Virus record (IMG/VR): IMGVR_UViG_3300013132_000019
Reading direction: 5' to 3' (one strand)
DNA length: 64,000 nt
DNA from: a virus
Lineage: Duplodnaviria; Heunggongvirae; Uroviricota; Caudoviricetes
The position numbers and the translations under genes are program-made. Under the pieces are notes generated by a model. The model ran no database searches, was not told the DNA's origin, and worked only from the letters and a program-made list of their open reading frames with translations. Below, in pieces: positions 55,578 to 63,898 of this stretch (the stretch's first letter is position 1; each line of letters opens with the position of its first letter).

Positions 55578-56305
55578 TTACCATCAAAATCTTCAACCAA
55601 ACAAGAAAGGTTTTCCACCCAATCACCACTATTCAGATATTCAATATCATTAATGTTCTTTTTCTCTGGTTGATGTATATGTCCACAGATAACACCATCA
55701 TAACCTTTTTTCTTAGCGACTGACGTTATATAATTTTCAAAATCCGTTACAAATTTAACTGCTTGCTTAACACTATCTTTAATCATTTTACTCACAGACA
55801 AATACGGCAAACCTCTCCACTTTCTCCATTCATTGTACCAATAGTTGAACCATAGTGCCAAATCATAACCTATTGAACCTATTTTGGCTAACCAACCCAT
55901 TTTAGTTATGAAAACATCAAAGATGTCACCATGTGTAATCAAATAGCGGTTCCCGTTTGCACCGATATAATCCATTTCCTTTAAAACCGTTATACCATTG
56001 ATTTTTGACTCAAACGGTAAAAAATCATCTAAAAAGTCATCATGGTTACCTCTAACCCAATAAACCTCACTTTCTTTTTGTGCTAACCTGAAAAACTTCT
56101 TAATGCACTTGGTGTGCTTATCCTTCCATTTACTTCCCCGTTTTAAAGCCCAACCATCGATTATATCGCCATTCAATATTAATGTCTCAGCTTTATTTTG
56201 ATTTAAAAATTTTACAACTTCTTCCGCTTTTGATTCTCTAATACCTAAGTGAATGTCACTTAAAACTATTGTTCTCCATTCAGTGGTTTTTTTACTCATG
56301 ACCAA
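55556..56305 (-). CDS. metallophosphoesterase (249 aa)
   Basis: LSDIHLG, GDIIDGW, GNHD and GHIH motifs. Confidence 0.65.
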   Translation of the reverse strand: MVMSKKTTEWRTIVLSDIHLGIRESKAEEVVKFLNQNKAETLILNGDIIDGWALKRGSKWKDKHTKCIKKFFRLAQKESEVYWVRGNHDDFLDDFLPFESKINGITVLKEMDYIGANGNRYLITHGDIFDVFITKMGWLAKIGSIGYDLALWFNYWYNEWRKWRGLPYLSVSKMIKDSVKQAVKFVTDFENYITSVAKKKGYDGVICGHIHQPEKKNINDIEYLNSGDWVENLSCLVEDFDGNWNVVYF

Positions 56306-56991
56306 TAACCAATATCTTTTCTAAACTCGTCATCATTCTTATATCTGTTTCGCATTATGCGAATGAATTCTTTCATTAAACCAAAATAACCCATCTTTTG
56401 GAAACGCCTATCATCAGTATATACACCCGTTTTAATTAGAATCCAAAACTTGCGTCTTTTAATCTTTCGTGATAAATGATAATCCTCGGCAAAATGCAAA
56501 GTCTCATCAAACCCACCCAACTCAAAGAACTTCTTTTTATCCACAGCCATAAAACAACCTGTGGAAAATGGCATACCTTCAACAACCGAAAATAGTTGTA
56601 TGAAATTACACACTTTATAAATATTATGAGCAATTGTGTTATTACGACATTTAAGTTTCGTTGTAACCATATGATAACCTTTTTTTAACTTCTTAACAGC
56701 CTTGTTAATCAATTTTTTATCATCAAAGGTTATATCCGCATCAATGAATATAATATAATCACCCTTTGCCTTTTTCGCACCATTGTTCCTAGCTTGAGAA
56801 ACATTACCACCTTTAACAATCTTAACATCAGGATAATGGTTTTTGATTATCTGTCTAGTATTATCTGTTGATGAGTCTGCAACAATAACCTCAAATGGAT
56901 ATTTGATGTCGGAATTGTATATTGAATCTAAAATACCATCTATGTAATTCTCCTCATTATATGATGGTATCACTATTGAAACTTTGGTCAT
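56296..56991 (-). CDS. family 2 glycosyltransferase (231 aa)
   Basis: VSIVIPSYNEE...VADSSTDNT...FIDADITF (DxD). Confidence 0.65.
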   Translation of the reverse strand: MTKVSIVIPSYNEENYIDGILDSIYNSDIKYPFEVIVADSSTDNTRQIIKNHYPDVKIVKGGNVSQARNNGAKKAKGDYIIFIDADITFDDKKLINKAVKKLKKGYHMVTTKLKCRNNTIAHNIYKVCNFIQLFSVVEGMPFSTGCFMAVDKKKFFELGGFDETLHFAEDYHLSRKIKRRKFWILIKTGVYTDDRRFQKMGYFGLMKEFIRIMRNRYKNDDEFRKDIGYWS

Positions 56992-57051
56992 TTGCGAACT
57001 TTATAATAAATAGTTTAGTAATTCTACAAATGTACTAAAATTTAATTAATG

Positions 57052-57129
57052 TGGGCAAGACGGGAATCGAACCCGTATATCCTTTACTTTTGAGGTAAAG
57101 AGGCTTCACCAGCTTTCCATCACTCGCCC
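57052..57129 (-). tRNA. tRNA with a Leu anticodon (CAA) but class-I architecture (short variable arm, enlarged D-loop)
   Basis: Acceptor GGGCGAG/CTTGCCC, anticodon arm TTTAC-CTCAAAA-GTAAA, T-arm ACGGG-TTCGATT-CCCGT, D-loop containing AAAGCTGGTGAAG. Confidence 0.5.
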
Positions 57130-57139
57130 AAATTTTTAG

Positions 57140-57217
57140 TAGGGAAGACGGGAGTCGAACCCGTATATCCTTTGATTTTAAGTCAAAGAGGCTTCACCAG
57201 CTTTCCATCACTTCCCC
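57140..57217 (-). tRNA. paralogous tRNA with a Leu anticodon (UAA), same atypical architecture
   Basis: Acceptor GGGGAAG/CTTCCCT, anticodon arm TTTGA-CTTAAAA-TCAAA, T-arm ACGGG-TTCGACT-CCCGT. Confidence 0.5.
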
Positions 57218-57447
57218 TTAACTACCTTATCAAAAAAGCCTTTTGGCATATTAGCGTTCATCGTCATAAACTCTTCTTCTGTTTGAATACCTTCGTTCGC
57301 TTCCCACATACTTTTACAGTATTCTATAAAGGCATTACCATGGTTTTTGGTCATGTATTTGAAGTCATACTTGAAGTTGTTTACGTCAGAATCATAATCC
57401 ATTGTTTCAATGAACTTATCCCATGCAACTTTTTTAATTTCACGCAT
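57208..57447 (-). CDS. hypothetical protein (79 aa)
   Basis: ORF whose 3' end overlaps the 5' end of the adjacent tRNA by a few nt. The start may lie later. Confidence 0.35.
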   Translation of the reverse strand: MREIKKVAWDKFIETMDYDSDVNNFKYDFKYMTKNHGNAFIEYCKSMWEANEGIQTEEEFMTMNANMPKGFFDKVVKGK

Positions 57448-57472
57448 AATTAATTTATTAACTCATTATCTG

Positions 57473-57550
57473 TACGGGTAGAGGGAGTCGAACCCCCAAA
57501 TCAGCAGTTCCTAAGACTGCTCGGCTTCACCAAACTTTCCGCATACCCGC
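57473..57550 (-). tRNA. third paralog with a Leu anticodon (UAG), same atypical architecture
   Basis: Acceptor GCGGGTA/TACCCGT, D-stem CGG/CCG with a 14-nt loop, anticodon arm GCAGT-CTTAGGA-ACTGC, T-arm GGGGG-TTCGACT-CCCTC. Confidence 0.5.
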
Positions 57551-57559
57551 ATTTTTTTG

Positions 57560-57631
57560 TACCCCAGACTGGAATCGAACCAGTTCTCCCGCCATGTAAA
57601 AACGGAGCGCTAACCATTACACCACTGGGGC
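57560..57631 (-). tRNA. tRNA-Val (anticodon UAC)
   Basis: Acceptor GCCCCAG/CTGGGGT, anticodon arm CCGTT-TTTACAT-GGCGG, T-arm ACTGG-TTCGATT-CCAGT. Confidence 0.55.
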
Positions 57632-57751
57632 TTACTTGAGAAGATGGTCAGATTCGAACTGACGTAAACATGATTTGCAGTCATGTGGCTAATTCCAACT
57701 CACCCACACCTTCAATTATTTTATTTCAAAGAACCGATAAAAAACAAAAAA

Positions 57752-57785
57752 CCCGACTCATATTGCTATGGTCGGGTTACCCTTT
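57752..57785 (-). terminator. rho-independent terminator (AACCCGAC-loop-GTCGGGTT followed by TTTTGTTTTTT on the minus strand)
   Basis: Direct read. Separates the leader cassette from tRNA cluster 4. Confidence 0.6.
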
Positions 57786-57804
57786 TTGTGTTATTAACAA
57801 TTCA

Positions 57805-57888
57805 TCAGTTAACACAATAGTCCGACCATCTCGGTTCCACGACCAAGAGACATAGGTTTAAGACTAAAGTGTTTACTACTGTATTCAT
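57805..57888 (-). CDS. conserved leader small ORF (27 codons, MNTVVNTLVLNLCLLVVEPRWSDYCVN); may be non-coding
   Basis: The leader CTATTTAATTAATAATAGAAAAAACTATGAATACA is conserved with the other cassettes. Confidence 0.3.
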   Translation of the reverse strand: MNTVVNTLVLNLCLLVVEPRWSDYCVN

Positions 57889-58083
57889 AGTTTTTTCTAT
57901 TATTAATTAAATAGTTGTTAATTTACAAAAAGTTATTCTTTATATTAAAAATGTAAATGAAACAGATTCTGATAACTTCAGGTTATCACTCTTTGATTTG
58001 GTCAGTGTGACTGGCACACCCCAAATCTCTCCTTTCATAAATAAAAATTTGTTGCTGTAACGAATCTTTATTCATTTACAGTA

Positions 58084-58091
58084 CAAATATA
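58084..58091 (-). promoter_or_regulatory. -7 box TATATTTG within a ~50-bp promoter block duplicated from 45812-45862; drives the leader cassette for tRNA cluster 4
   Basis: acaaatatataacatgttttctaataatgcaagtcttttt is nearly identical to the 45.8-kb copy. Confidence 0.5.
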
Positions 58092-58165
58092 TAACATGTT
58101 TTCTAATAATGCAAGTCTTTTTGAAAAAAAATTCACTTTTAATCAGCTGTAATTATAATTGATAT

Positions 58166-58480
58166 ATGGGAACAGTATATCTTTTAGGTGAGTTTGTGGA
58201 TAATCCGAGATACAAAATTGGAATAACAAAAAACAATGTTAATTCCCGTTTGAAGGAATTGCAAACAGGTAATCCAAATGAAATAATCCTAATTAACCAA
58301 TACGAATCTGAGAATTATAGAAAGATTGAGGGGATGCTACATAGAAAATTCTTTATGAATCGAGCTAAAGGTGAATGGTTTGATTTAACCAATGAACAAG
58401 TTTTTTCGTTTCTTGATGAAGCAAAAAAAGCTGATGAACTCATCAGCTTTTTAAAGGAGAACAATTGTTTCTACGACTAA
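58166..58480 (+). CDS. T5orf172 (GIY-YIG-like, MUG113) domain protein (104 aa)
   Basis: VYLLGEF...YKIGITKNNVNSRLKELQTGNP signature. Plus strand. Confidence 0.55.
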   Translation: MGTVYLLGEFVDNPRYKIGITKNNVNSRLKELQTGNPNEIILINQYESENYRKIEGMLHRKFFMNRAKGEWFDLTNEQVFSFLDEAKKADELISFLKENNCFYD

Positions 58481-59490
58481 TCTTTGTTAACCACGCAAGT
58501 TCCGTTATAATAATAGTCAAACTCTTCTAACATATTATCAGTACCAAACTTTATTGTGATTTCTGTGAAATCGCCAAATTGGTCATTAATATAGTCTTTA
58601 AAACCACCAATTGCCTGACCCAATTCTTTACCTTCAAGACCAAATTTATCGATGATGTGCTTACCGTTGAATAATACGGATGCATATTTGCTTTTTGACA
58701 CCTCATATTCAATTCTAGCGATTTCATCAAAGATTTTTGCGTCTGGAAAGAAATAATCGATTCTTCTATATAGTTCAATATCAGAAAGATTATGTTCGTA
58801 CTTATGGTTATCATCAGCAACATTCTTATCAATCCAATCTAAAAACGCCATATAGGATACTCTTTTAAGGTTTCTTTCGCGATTAATTCGATTAAGTTCA
58901 TCCAACTGGAATTTGGTCCAATTGAAATATGGTGATTCAGAAATGAATTGAAATATCTCATCCAAAGTTTCAAAACCTTTTAACCATCTGTTAAAATCCA
59001 ACCCTAAGAACTCATAAATCTTTTCTTGGTCTTTGCTGACCATTATCTTATGTTTGGTGTCCTTATAGTAATATGTTATCCAAAAACCTTCAGCACCATA
59101 TCTACCACCCATATGATGAGCCAATCTTCCCAGATAATTGCCGAGGTCGTTGAATGAAAGGTAGCTTAAGTATGAATCAAAATGGTCTTCAGAAGTGGTT
59201 ATAAGGTCAATCTGAAATTCTTTATAATCAAATGACCAACAGTTACCATTGTGATATATCTCATTTGGTTTAAACTGTTCGGTTATCAATTCTCTTATAT
59301 TACCAGAATAACCTTTCATTGAAACCAAAATATCCATATCACCAAAACTTTCTTTTGTATGATAATATCTTGGTATTTCGGCTTTGTAAAAAAACCTTCG
59401 GATTTTCCTAAGAACCTCAGAAGTGAGTTTGATATACTCTTCCTTTTGGTAACGTCTTGTATACGCTGTCTTTATTGCTCTGCCACCCAT
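58477..59490 (-). CDS. polymerase-beta-type nucleotidyltransferase-domain protein (337 aa)
   Basis: KESFGDMDILV fits hG[GS]...DhD. The C-terminal region is uncharacterised. Confidence 0.45.
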   Translation of the reverse strand: MGGRAIKTAYTRRYQKEEYIKLTSEVLRKIRRFFYKAEIPRYYHTKESFGDMDILVSMKGYSGNIRELITEQFKPNEIYHNGNCWSFDYKEFQIDLITTSEDHFDSYLSYLSFNDLGNYLGRLAHHMGGRYGAEGFWITYYYKDTKHKIMVSKDQEKIYEFLGLDFNRWLKGFETLDEIFQFISESPYFNWTKFQLDELNRINRERNLKRVSYMAFLDWIDKNVADDNHKYEHNLSDIELYRRIDYFFPDAKIFDEIARIEYEVSKSKYASVLFNGKHIIDKFGLEGKELGQAIGGFKDYINDQFGDFTEITIKFGTDNMLEEFDYYYNGTCVVNKD

Positions 59491-59492
59491 TT

Positions 59493-59804
59493 TTAAAAAT
59501 TGAATTGGTTATCGGTTGCAAATTTAATCAAAAATTTTCTAAGATTCAAAACCGCTTCATTAAAATCTACCCTATCGGTTTCTTTGAATCTTATAGCTTC
59601 TTCGTCCTCTTGAATTGTTTTGTTAATGCTGTGATATATATCACGAACGACTTCAGCTAATTTGTTTTCCATAGTGCTAACGTCAGATTGTCTTAGTTCA
59701 ACAACCTCATCTTCAAGTTCTTTGCAATAATCAACCAATTCTTGAACCTCTGGTTCATCCAATAAGGCGGTATTATATCGGAATATTTGATTAATGGATT
59801 TCAA
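59493..59804 (-). CDS. hypothetical acidic protein (103 aa)
   Basis: ORF. Confidence 0.45.
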   Translation of the reverse strand: MKSINQIFRYNTALLDEPEVQELVDYCKELEDEVVELRQSDVSTMENKLAEVVRDIYHSINKTIQEDEEAIRFKETDRVDFNEAVLNLRKFLIKFATDNQFNF

Positions 59805-59811
59805 ATTAATC

Positions 59812-59979
59812 TAATTCAATATTAAACAATGTTTGACTATAGAAGTCTAACATTAAACCAACGGACATAACCATTTCAAACTCTTTTTGGTTTTTGTCAG
59901 CACCTTCTTTGTTAATCATCTCTAAAGTAGAGATGATGTAATCAGCCGTGAATTGTAATATAGATTTTAACATATTATA
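59812..59979 (-). CDS. hypothetical small protein (55 aa, below the track cutoff)
   Basis: Translated by hand: MLKSILQFTADYIISTLEMINKEGADKNQKEFEMVMSVGLMLDFYSQTLFNIELD. Confidence 0.25.
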
Positions 59980-59991
59980 TTTCTTTAAATG

Positions 59992-60642
59992 CGGTGAGGG
60001 CAGGATTCGAACGCTGCGACCACGAAGTTAACATAACTATTAAAGATTAGTACAATCATTATTTTGTAATTTTAAAAACTTGTATTTATACCAATTTTGT
60101 TCGGTTGCTGTTTTAATTCTATGACAATTAGCACATCGACATTCACACTTATCAATTTCTTTTAATATATTTTCCCAAGAATAACCATCATGAACCATTT
60201 TACTTAACCCATGTATTTTACCATCAGTATCTACGTGGTCAAATTCTAAAACCAGTGGATTCGTGTTTCCACAATCAATACAAGAGGACTCACATAAGAT
60301 GTTATAAAATTTCTCCCGATGTTCGTTTACTCTCTTGTCTCTAGCCAAATTAACCTGCTCTATTATTTTAGTTTTGTTTTTTTCATAATGTTTTTTTGAG
60401 CGAACTTTACCACATTCTCGACACTCACTTTGTAAACCATCTTTTCTACCAGCATTTTTATTAAAATCCGTTAATTTTTTTTCTTCTTTACATACAGTAC
60501 ATTTCTTTTTCATATTTATCCTTTTATAATAAATATGTTAAGAATTAGTAAAGTGCTTAAGAGGCTAATATTAAATTTGCTGAATGTAATCTTTTCAATC
60601 AGATTAACCAAATTACGTGCTCTACCACTGAGCTACCTCACC
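59992..60642 (-). tRNA. split tRNA gene: 5' exon about 60605-60642 (GGTGAGGTAGCTCAGTGGTAGAGCAC...), 3' exon about 59992-60040 (...GCAGCGTTCGAATCCTGCCCTCACCG), interrupted by ~560 nt containing an HNH endonuclease ORF; a candidate tRNA intron
   Basis: The 5' acceptor GGTGAGG and 3' acceptor CCTCACC are exactly complementary. The D-arm is GCTC-AGTGGTA-GAGC. A TTCGAAT T-loop is present in the 3' piece. A TATATTTG promoter box lies at 60660-60667, immediately upstream. Confidence 0.45.
60040..60513 (-). CDS. HNH homing-endonuclease-like protein encoded inside the split tRNA (157 aa)
   Basis: CTVC...CREC zinc knuckle, then SSCIDCGNTNPLVLEFDHVDTDGKIHG...NCHRIK (HNH motif). The stop lies at the 3' exon boundary. 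Confidence 0.6.
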   Translation of the reverse strand: MKKKCTVCKEEKKLTDFNKNAGRKDGLQSECRECGKVRSKKHYEKNKTKIIEQVNLARDKRVNEHREKFYNILCESSCIDCGNTNPLVLEFDHVDTDGKIHGLSKMVHDGYSWENILKEIDKCECRCANCHRIKTATEQNWYKYKFLKLQNNDCTNL

Positions 60643-60682
60643 TTTTAATTATTACAATACAAATATATAAATTATCTTTTAA

Positions 60683-61420
60683 CTATGCAAGTTTTTTATC
60701 TTTTAAAAATGACCTTAAAAACGCATTTTGTTGTCCACCAACTTTTTCAATCCATTTTTCATAATTTTCTCTTTCCATCTTCTCCCATTCCATATAAGTT
60801 GCCTCGTTTGGTTTATGGTTTTCTTTCCATGTGAATGGTGTTGGCTGAAAATCCTCATATGTATTTCTATCAAATACCCTTTCGTCCGTTATGAAACAAA
60901 ACGCTGTCATTGAATCGTTCAAATCAGGTTCATTAAATTCTTGAACAAAGATACCATTATCCAATAACTCATTATAATATTTCTGCATCGTACCAGAATC
61001 AATATAACAATCATTTGTTGTTCCACCATTCAATACTATGCTGGTTTTCCATTTATCAGCCCAACGTTCATATTGTGGTCTTAAATCTTCTGGTACATGC
61101 CGTTCATATTCTGTAACAGCATGTTGAAATTGAATACCCTTTTGGATGCCGCTTAGTTGGTATATAACGAAGCCATACATTCTAAGTTCCAGAAATTCTT
61201 CCATTTTTCTAGCCCTAGAATTTCGTTTAACCTTACAACGTTTAATTCGCTCATCAAACTCTTTACGTGTATATGGCCTAACATGATAATCATATATGTT
61301 TGTTAATTCATCATCAGATGAATCAAACCAATCATCGATGTTTAGGATTCTAATATTATCTTCCAAGCACCAATCGTAAGCTGTTTTAGCTGTCCATGTA
61401 CTACCACTGGCGTGTATCAT
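60683..61420 (-). CDS. hypothetical protein (245 aa)
   Basis: ORF. Confidence 0.5.
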   Translation of the reverse strand: MIHASGSTWTAKTAYDWCLEDNIRILNIDDWFDSSDDELTNIYDYHVRPYTRKEFDERIKRCKVKRNSRARKMEEFLELRMYGFVIYQLSGIQKGIQFQHAVTEYERHVPEDLRPQYERWADKWKTSIVLNGGTTNDCYIDSGTMQKYYNELLDNGIFVQEFNEPDLNDSMTAFCFITDERVFDRNTYEDFQPTPFTWKENHKPNEATYMEWEKMERENYEKWIEKVGGQQNAFLRSFLKDKKLA

Positions 61421-61604
61421 CTTTGAATAGATTTTCGTTAGTAATTATCCAATTGTAAAATAGACTTTGCAATTCTCTAGGTACTGGAAATCCATTCATA
61501 TAAACAACGTTCATAACAATTTCAAACTCTTGACCCTTTTTAAAATCAAAGTCTTTTCTAGGTTTCGCGTCTTGCGTTAATTTAAAAACTTTCGCTATTA
61601 TCAT
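61401..61604 (-). CDS. hypothetical protein (67 aa)
   Basis: ORF. Confidence 0.35.
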   Translation of the reverse strand: MIIAKVFKLTQDAKPRKDFDFKKGQEFEIVMNVVYMNGFPVPRELQSLFYNWIITNENLFKDDTRQW

Positions 61605-61827
61605 CTTTAATATTATATTTTTCTTTTATTTCTTGTTCCGCTAATTTAATAGCCTCAATCGCTTTTTCGATATGGACATATATATCCCCTTCAAAAAATT
61701 GACCTCTTTTTTCAGGTTTGTTACTATAATGTTTTTGGTGTAAGAATAATTTCCTGTACCCCGAACTGGTTTCTAAACCTAAATCATTAGAAACGTTCAC
61801 CCAATAATTATCACTGTTCTTTTCCAT
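61582..61827 (-). CDS. hypothetical protein (81 aa)
   Basis: ORF. Confidence 0.4.
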   Translation of the reverse strand: MEKNSDNYWVNVSNDLGLETSSGYRKLFLHQKHYSNKPEKRGQFFEGDIYVHIEKAIEAIKLAEQEIKEKYNIKDDNSESF

Positions 61828-61850
61828 AATACAAATTAAACATATTTTTT

Positions 61851-62033
61851 TTGGAAAATCAACTATTTATTAAAAAAAATTATAAAATGGCAAAAAAAAG
61901 TTCTAATACCAATACTTCGCAACTTTTGGAAAAACCAAAAGTTAAACGACCAAATGTTCATTCAAAAAAGAAAAGTTCTAATCTTAAATCCTCGAAGAAT
62001 TATAAGAAAAAATACGTTGGTCAAGGTCGGTGA
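61851..62033 (+). CDS. small highly basic Lys/Ser-rich protein (the probable start is MAKKSS at 61887)
   Basis: Plus-strand ORF with a K-rich composition. Confidence 0.3.
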   Translation: MENQLFIKKNYKMAKKSSNTNTSQLLEKPKVKRPNVHSKKKSSNLKSSKNYKKKYVGQGR

Positions 62034-62035
62034 AA

Positions 62036-62725
62036 TCAAGAATAGAATGATTGGTACACGTCATGTGTTAAACCATAATCAATAATAACAACTCTATCCA
62101 CGCCATTCTCGGTGACAACACCATAAGAATTTAACCTAGTCAAATCGCCAGCAGGTATACTGTAGTTTCCTATGAAATCAAAAATACCGTAAACGAATTC
62201 ATCTTCCCACATAGCTTCAACGATTTTTGAGTCTATCTGTCTCTTTTGAGCGTATCTACCAGCGTTTCCAGATTCAACCCCATAGTTATGTACAGCAGTG
62301 GCAAAATCATCGAAATTAAACCCAGTTATCTGTTTAAAATTAGATTTTGTTAGTTTCTTAGCCAATTGCATTTCCAACCACAAATTATTCTCATCATAAT
62401 CATAGACTTTGGCAACAATATTCTCTAAATAACCTTCATTACCATATTGTATTTCAACTTCGTTTTGAGCTAAACCTTTTTGGTTCTTGGCTAACTTCAA
62501 AACCTTTTCATTGTCAATCATGAAAACAACTCTAGATGAACCAGAGCTGATTCTTTTCAGATGTTTATTACAATAGTCAATACGTTTTTTAAATGAGTTT
62601 AATGTTTTGAATTCACCCATATCAAATGTTGATGGGTAATCCTCACCAATCATTTGTTCAATTAAGTCAAAAGTTAACTCTTCGGATAAACGAGTTTTAA
62701 TTCTATTCATAATAATAAATATCAC
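62036..62725 (-). CDS. protein-kinase-like / phosphotransferase-fold protein (229 aa) adjacent to an RNA ligase
   Basis: Gly-rich loop SSGSSRVVF, Lys motif VLKLAK, DFG-like IIDYGLTHD. Confidence 0.35.
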   Translation of the reverse strand: MIFIIMNRIKTRLSEELTFDLIEQMIGEDYPSTFDMGEFKTLNSFKKRIDYCNKHLKRISSGSSRVVFMIDNEKVLKLAKNQKGLAQNEVEIQYGNEGYLENIVAKVYDYDENNLWLEMQLAKKLTKSNFKQITGFNFDDFATAVHNYGVESGNAGRYAQKRQIDSKIVEAMWEDEFVYGIFDFIGNYSIPAGDLTRLNSYGVVTENGVDRVVIIDYGLTHDVYQSFYS

Positions 62726-62743
62726 TAAAAAAAAGAATATGCC

Positions 62744-63898
62744 CTATGTTAGTAGGGCATATAGTTTTTTGTTATCCATTTGACGTAGATAATCTGGTAT
62801 GGTTTTAACTTTACCATCGTTTAATCCGAAGAATAAACCAGTGAAAGATTTTAAATCATTTGAATCTGCTATATCAAAAACCTTATTAGCAAATAATTTT
62901 CTTTCTTCTTTGGTTATATCTTTTGGTCTAAATTGGTTTAAAGCTTCCCATGATGAGTATAACTTATCAGTTAATTCATTATAATTTTGATGTAATGACC
63001 TAACCTCGTCTTCTCTTTCACGGAATGTCGCAACATATTCTTCAATCTCATTAGTTTTTATGACTTCCATGATATGGTGGGCTTCTGTCCCATTTTTTAA
63101 ATGGTGTACAGCGACATATGCTGGATTTTTAACCTTAACTCTGTTAAAATTACCATCAACAACAACATAACCTTCATTATCATAGGGCATCTGTTCGAAT
63201 GTCTTTATAAGATAATCAAAATTACCTTTATTAAGTTCATGTTCTTCAACATATGGAACACCTAACCAATCAGCTATTTGAATCACATCATTCTTTGAGT
63301 ATTCATCTAACGTTTTTAAATCCCTAACAGTTAACAACGTAACACTAGAAGTTGCATGTGGTGTTACTACTATGTTATACGGTGTTGTTAACTCAAACAC
63401 ATAGGTATTATCGACATCTAACGCTTCAGTGAAATTATCATAATCTGTAAAGTTATAAATGGTTTCCCAAAACAAATCGTTGAATGATGTGTTAAGTCTA
63501 TTATTAACCTCACCTTCACCTTCAGCGGTACCAGTAGTGGCAGCAAACCAACGATTTTTATGCCAATCATAATATAAGTTAATGCAGGTACCATCCAACT
63601 TAGTTTGGATTCTGGCCGTTGACCAATCTATTGTAGCGGCATGACCTTCAGCTGAATTATAAAACTTGGTTAGACCAAGACACATGACCTTCCATGTATC
63701 TTTTTCTAATACAATACCTCTACACTCTTCAACCTCTCTATTACCAAATGGAGATTCAATCTGGTCATATTTAATACATATTTTTTTATCATACACACGA
63801 ATCTTAAGTTTGAAGTCGTTTAACGCTTTACTTAATCCGTGTTCTTTTATGTATTTAACTATAGCTAATTCCATTGTATCTTTTAATTTAGGATACAA
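62744..63898 (-). CDS. RNA ligase, Rnl1-like (ATP-dependent nucleotidyltransferase motif I KLDGT); the track start is TTG at 63898, and the ATG at 63874 (MELAIV) is more likely
   Basis: TKLDGTCINLYY resembles Rnl1/ligase motif I KxDG. Length 376-384 aa, similar to T4 Rnl1. A TATATTTG box lies at 63896-63903. Confidence 0.5.
   Translation of the reverse strand: MYPKLKDTMELAIVKYIKEHGLSKALNDFKLKIRVYDKKICIKYDQIESPFGNREVEECRGIVLEKDTWKVMCLGLTKFYNSAEGHAATIDWSTARIQTKLDGTCINLYYDWHKNRWFAATTGTAEGEGEVNNRLNTSFNDLFWETIYNFTDYDNFTEALDVDNTYVFELTTPYNIVVTPHATSSVTLLTVRDLKTLDEYSKNDVIQIADWLGVPYVEEHELNKGNFDYLIKTFEQMPYDNEGYVVVDGNFNRVKVKNPAYVAVHHLKNGTEAHHIMEVIKTNEIEEYVATFREREDEVRSLHQNYNELTDKLYSSWEALNQFRPKDITKEERKLFANKVFDIADSNDLKSFTGLFFGLNDGKVKTIPDYLRQMDNKKLYALLT

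Noticed and set aside
59992-60642. Interpretation of the HNH-interrupted tRNA as a phage attP / integration-site remnant.
   Set aside because: Both halves of the tRNA are present in the same orientation about 560 nt apart with a promoter upstream. The recombinase gene is 37 kb away. An intron or an endonuclease insertion explains the geometry better.
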